Shown here: one piece after another, positions 34,631 to 35,733 of the stretch
Numbering within the stretch: the stretch's first letter is position 1
Layout: each line of letters starts with the position of its first letter
Source of the DNA: Octopus sinensis
Lineage: Eukaryota
NCBI RefSeq assembly: GCF_006345805.1
Contig: NW_021828087.1
Location: forward strand, 1-35,733
Length of the DNA stretch: 35,733 nt
Reading direction: 5' to 3'
Made by a program: the position numbers and the translations under genes
Notes under the pieces: model-generated
What the model was told of the DNA's origin: nothing
Databases searched by the model: none
What the model saw: the letters and a program-made list of their open reading frames with translations, nothing else

Positions 34631-35444
34631 GTTTACCGATTCTATCACATGACATTTTTTTTTTTAAATCAAGAAAAATAAAATAAAGACAGAAACGAGA
34701 ATTTCAATTGAAAACTAAGCAGAAAATAGTGGGGGGGGGAAGGAATATCAGAAAAATTATGCAAAAATAAATTAAAGAAAATAGGCCCCCAAAGATTCGG
34801 ACGACATTTTCTAAAATGTCACTGTTGAAGTGGTCCTTTAAAATGGATTCCAAATGTCATTTTTTAATTAATCCTGAAGAGTTCCATATTAAAGATTTAT
34901 TAATATCTTAAAACCAAATTGAATATTCTTTGTATGAAGTTGTTGTTGTTGTTGCTGTTGTTTAATCTGTTGTTGTTGTTGAATTTGTTGTTATTGTCTT
35001 TTGATCTCTTGCGCGTCCTGATACGAGCGGGCATCTCAGAGGAGATTTGTGAATCAGTTACGAGTGTGCCATCGTTTTAAATATCTAGGATTATAGTGCT
35101 GAATGTGTGCTTCGTTTTCTAATGAATAGAGGTTCTAATTTGAGGTTTATTTGGTTGATGTTTGTGCTTTAGCCTTGTGAAACTCTTCGTTACTGGACAA
35201 GAAAGTATTATCATAGCAGCGGAGTAACTCATGTGAAACAACGCCGGACTACACAATTTATAGTACTTTCGTTCGGTCCTTATATATTTTCAGTCCAAAA
35301 CTACGAGGCGGAGGTCACTCTTTAAAGGCTAAAGATTCACTTAAATATGTTCCGGTCCTATTCTACTGAAATAATCTCCATTGTAGTTAAAGACTTTACT
35401 TGTATTACCATGGCAGGCTATTTACATCGGGAGCCAGACACCCT

Positions 35445-35493
<49 letters not shown>

Positions 35494-35494
35494 A

Positions 35495-35525
<31 letters not shown>

Positions 35526-35560
35526 CGATGATGATGATGATGATGACGATGATGATGATA

Positions 35561-35600
<40 letters not shown>

Positions 35601-35662
35601 GGATGAGGATGATGATGATGACGATGATGATGATGATGATGATGATGATGACGACGATGATG
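35445..35662. repeat. (GAT)n microsatellite
   Basis: Direct reading; source of the poly-Asp/poly-His ORFs. Confidence 0.97.
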
Positions 35663-35733
35663 AGTGGGGTGGGCTGGAGTGCTTATGTTAAACAAGTAAT
35701 ATGTTTTCTCTCTTCAGCCAAAGATATAATCCC

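Noticed and set aside
35294-35440. Strong-looking acceptor (ttttcag) and short open frames
   Set aside because: All frames close within 25 codons and no clear donor.

Overview
Eukaryotic, AT-rich, microsatellite-saturated non-coding DNA with no intact host gene that I can recognise. The repeat make-up resembles a coleoid cephalopod (Octopus-like) genome; this is an inference from recalled repeat families. Most listed ORFs are translations of (TA)n, (TG)n, (AAT)n, (GAT)n, (GATA)n or (CT)n tracts. Supported elements: (1) two arrays of (AAT)n-targeting R4/Dong-like non-LTR retrotransposon fragments plus a 555-bp non-coding satellite element (700-3936 on +, 6478-7226 on -); (2) three mariner elements (4018-5040 decayed; 7313-8587 decayed with TIRs; 29072-30350 nearly intact D34D) and a 510-bp CCGTA-type MITE; (3) two tRNA-derived SINE families and CR1/L2-like LINE 3' fragments, one sharing a covarying 3' hairpin with a SINE; (4) the most interesting signal, a cluster of minimal type I hammerhead-ribozyme (HHR) motifs between about 14.4 and 23.8 kb, carried by several unrelated Penelope-pLTR/retrozyme-like repeats inside (TA)n tracts. 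One HHR (14575-14644) is fully canonical, caps a rod-like fold and is followed by a multi-hairpin module. Three fold-back inverted repeats and two direct-repeat-bounded units lie in the same interval. A possible minus-strand exon (24007/24048-23870) and a CCAAT/E2F-like cluster hint at a host gene but are unproven.
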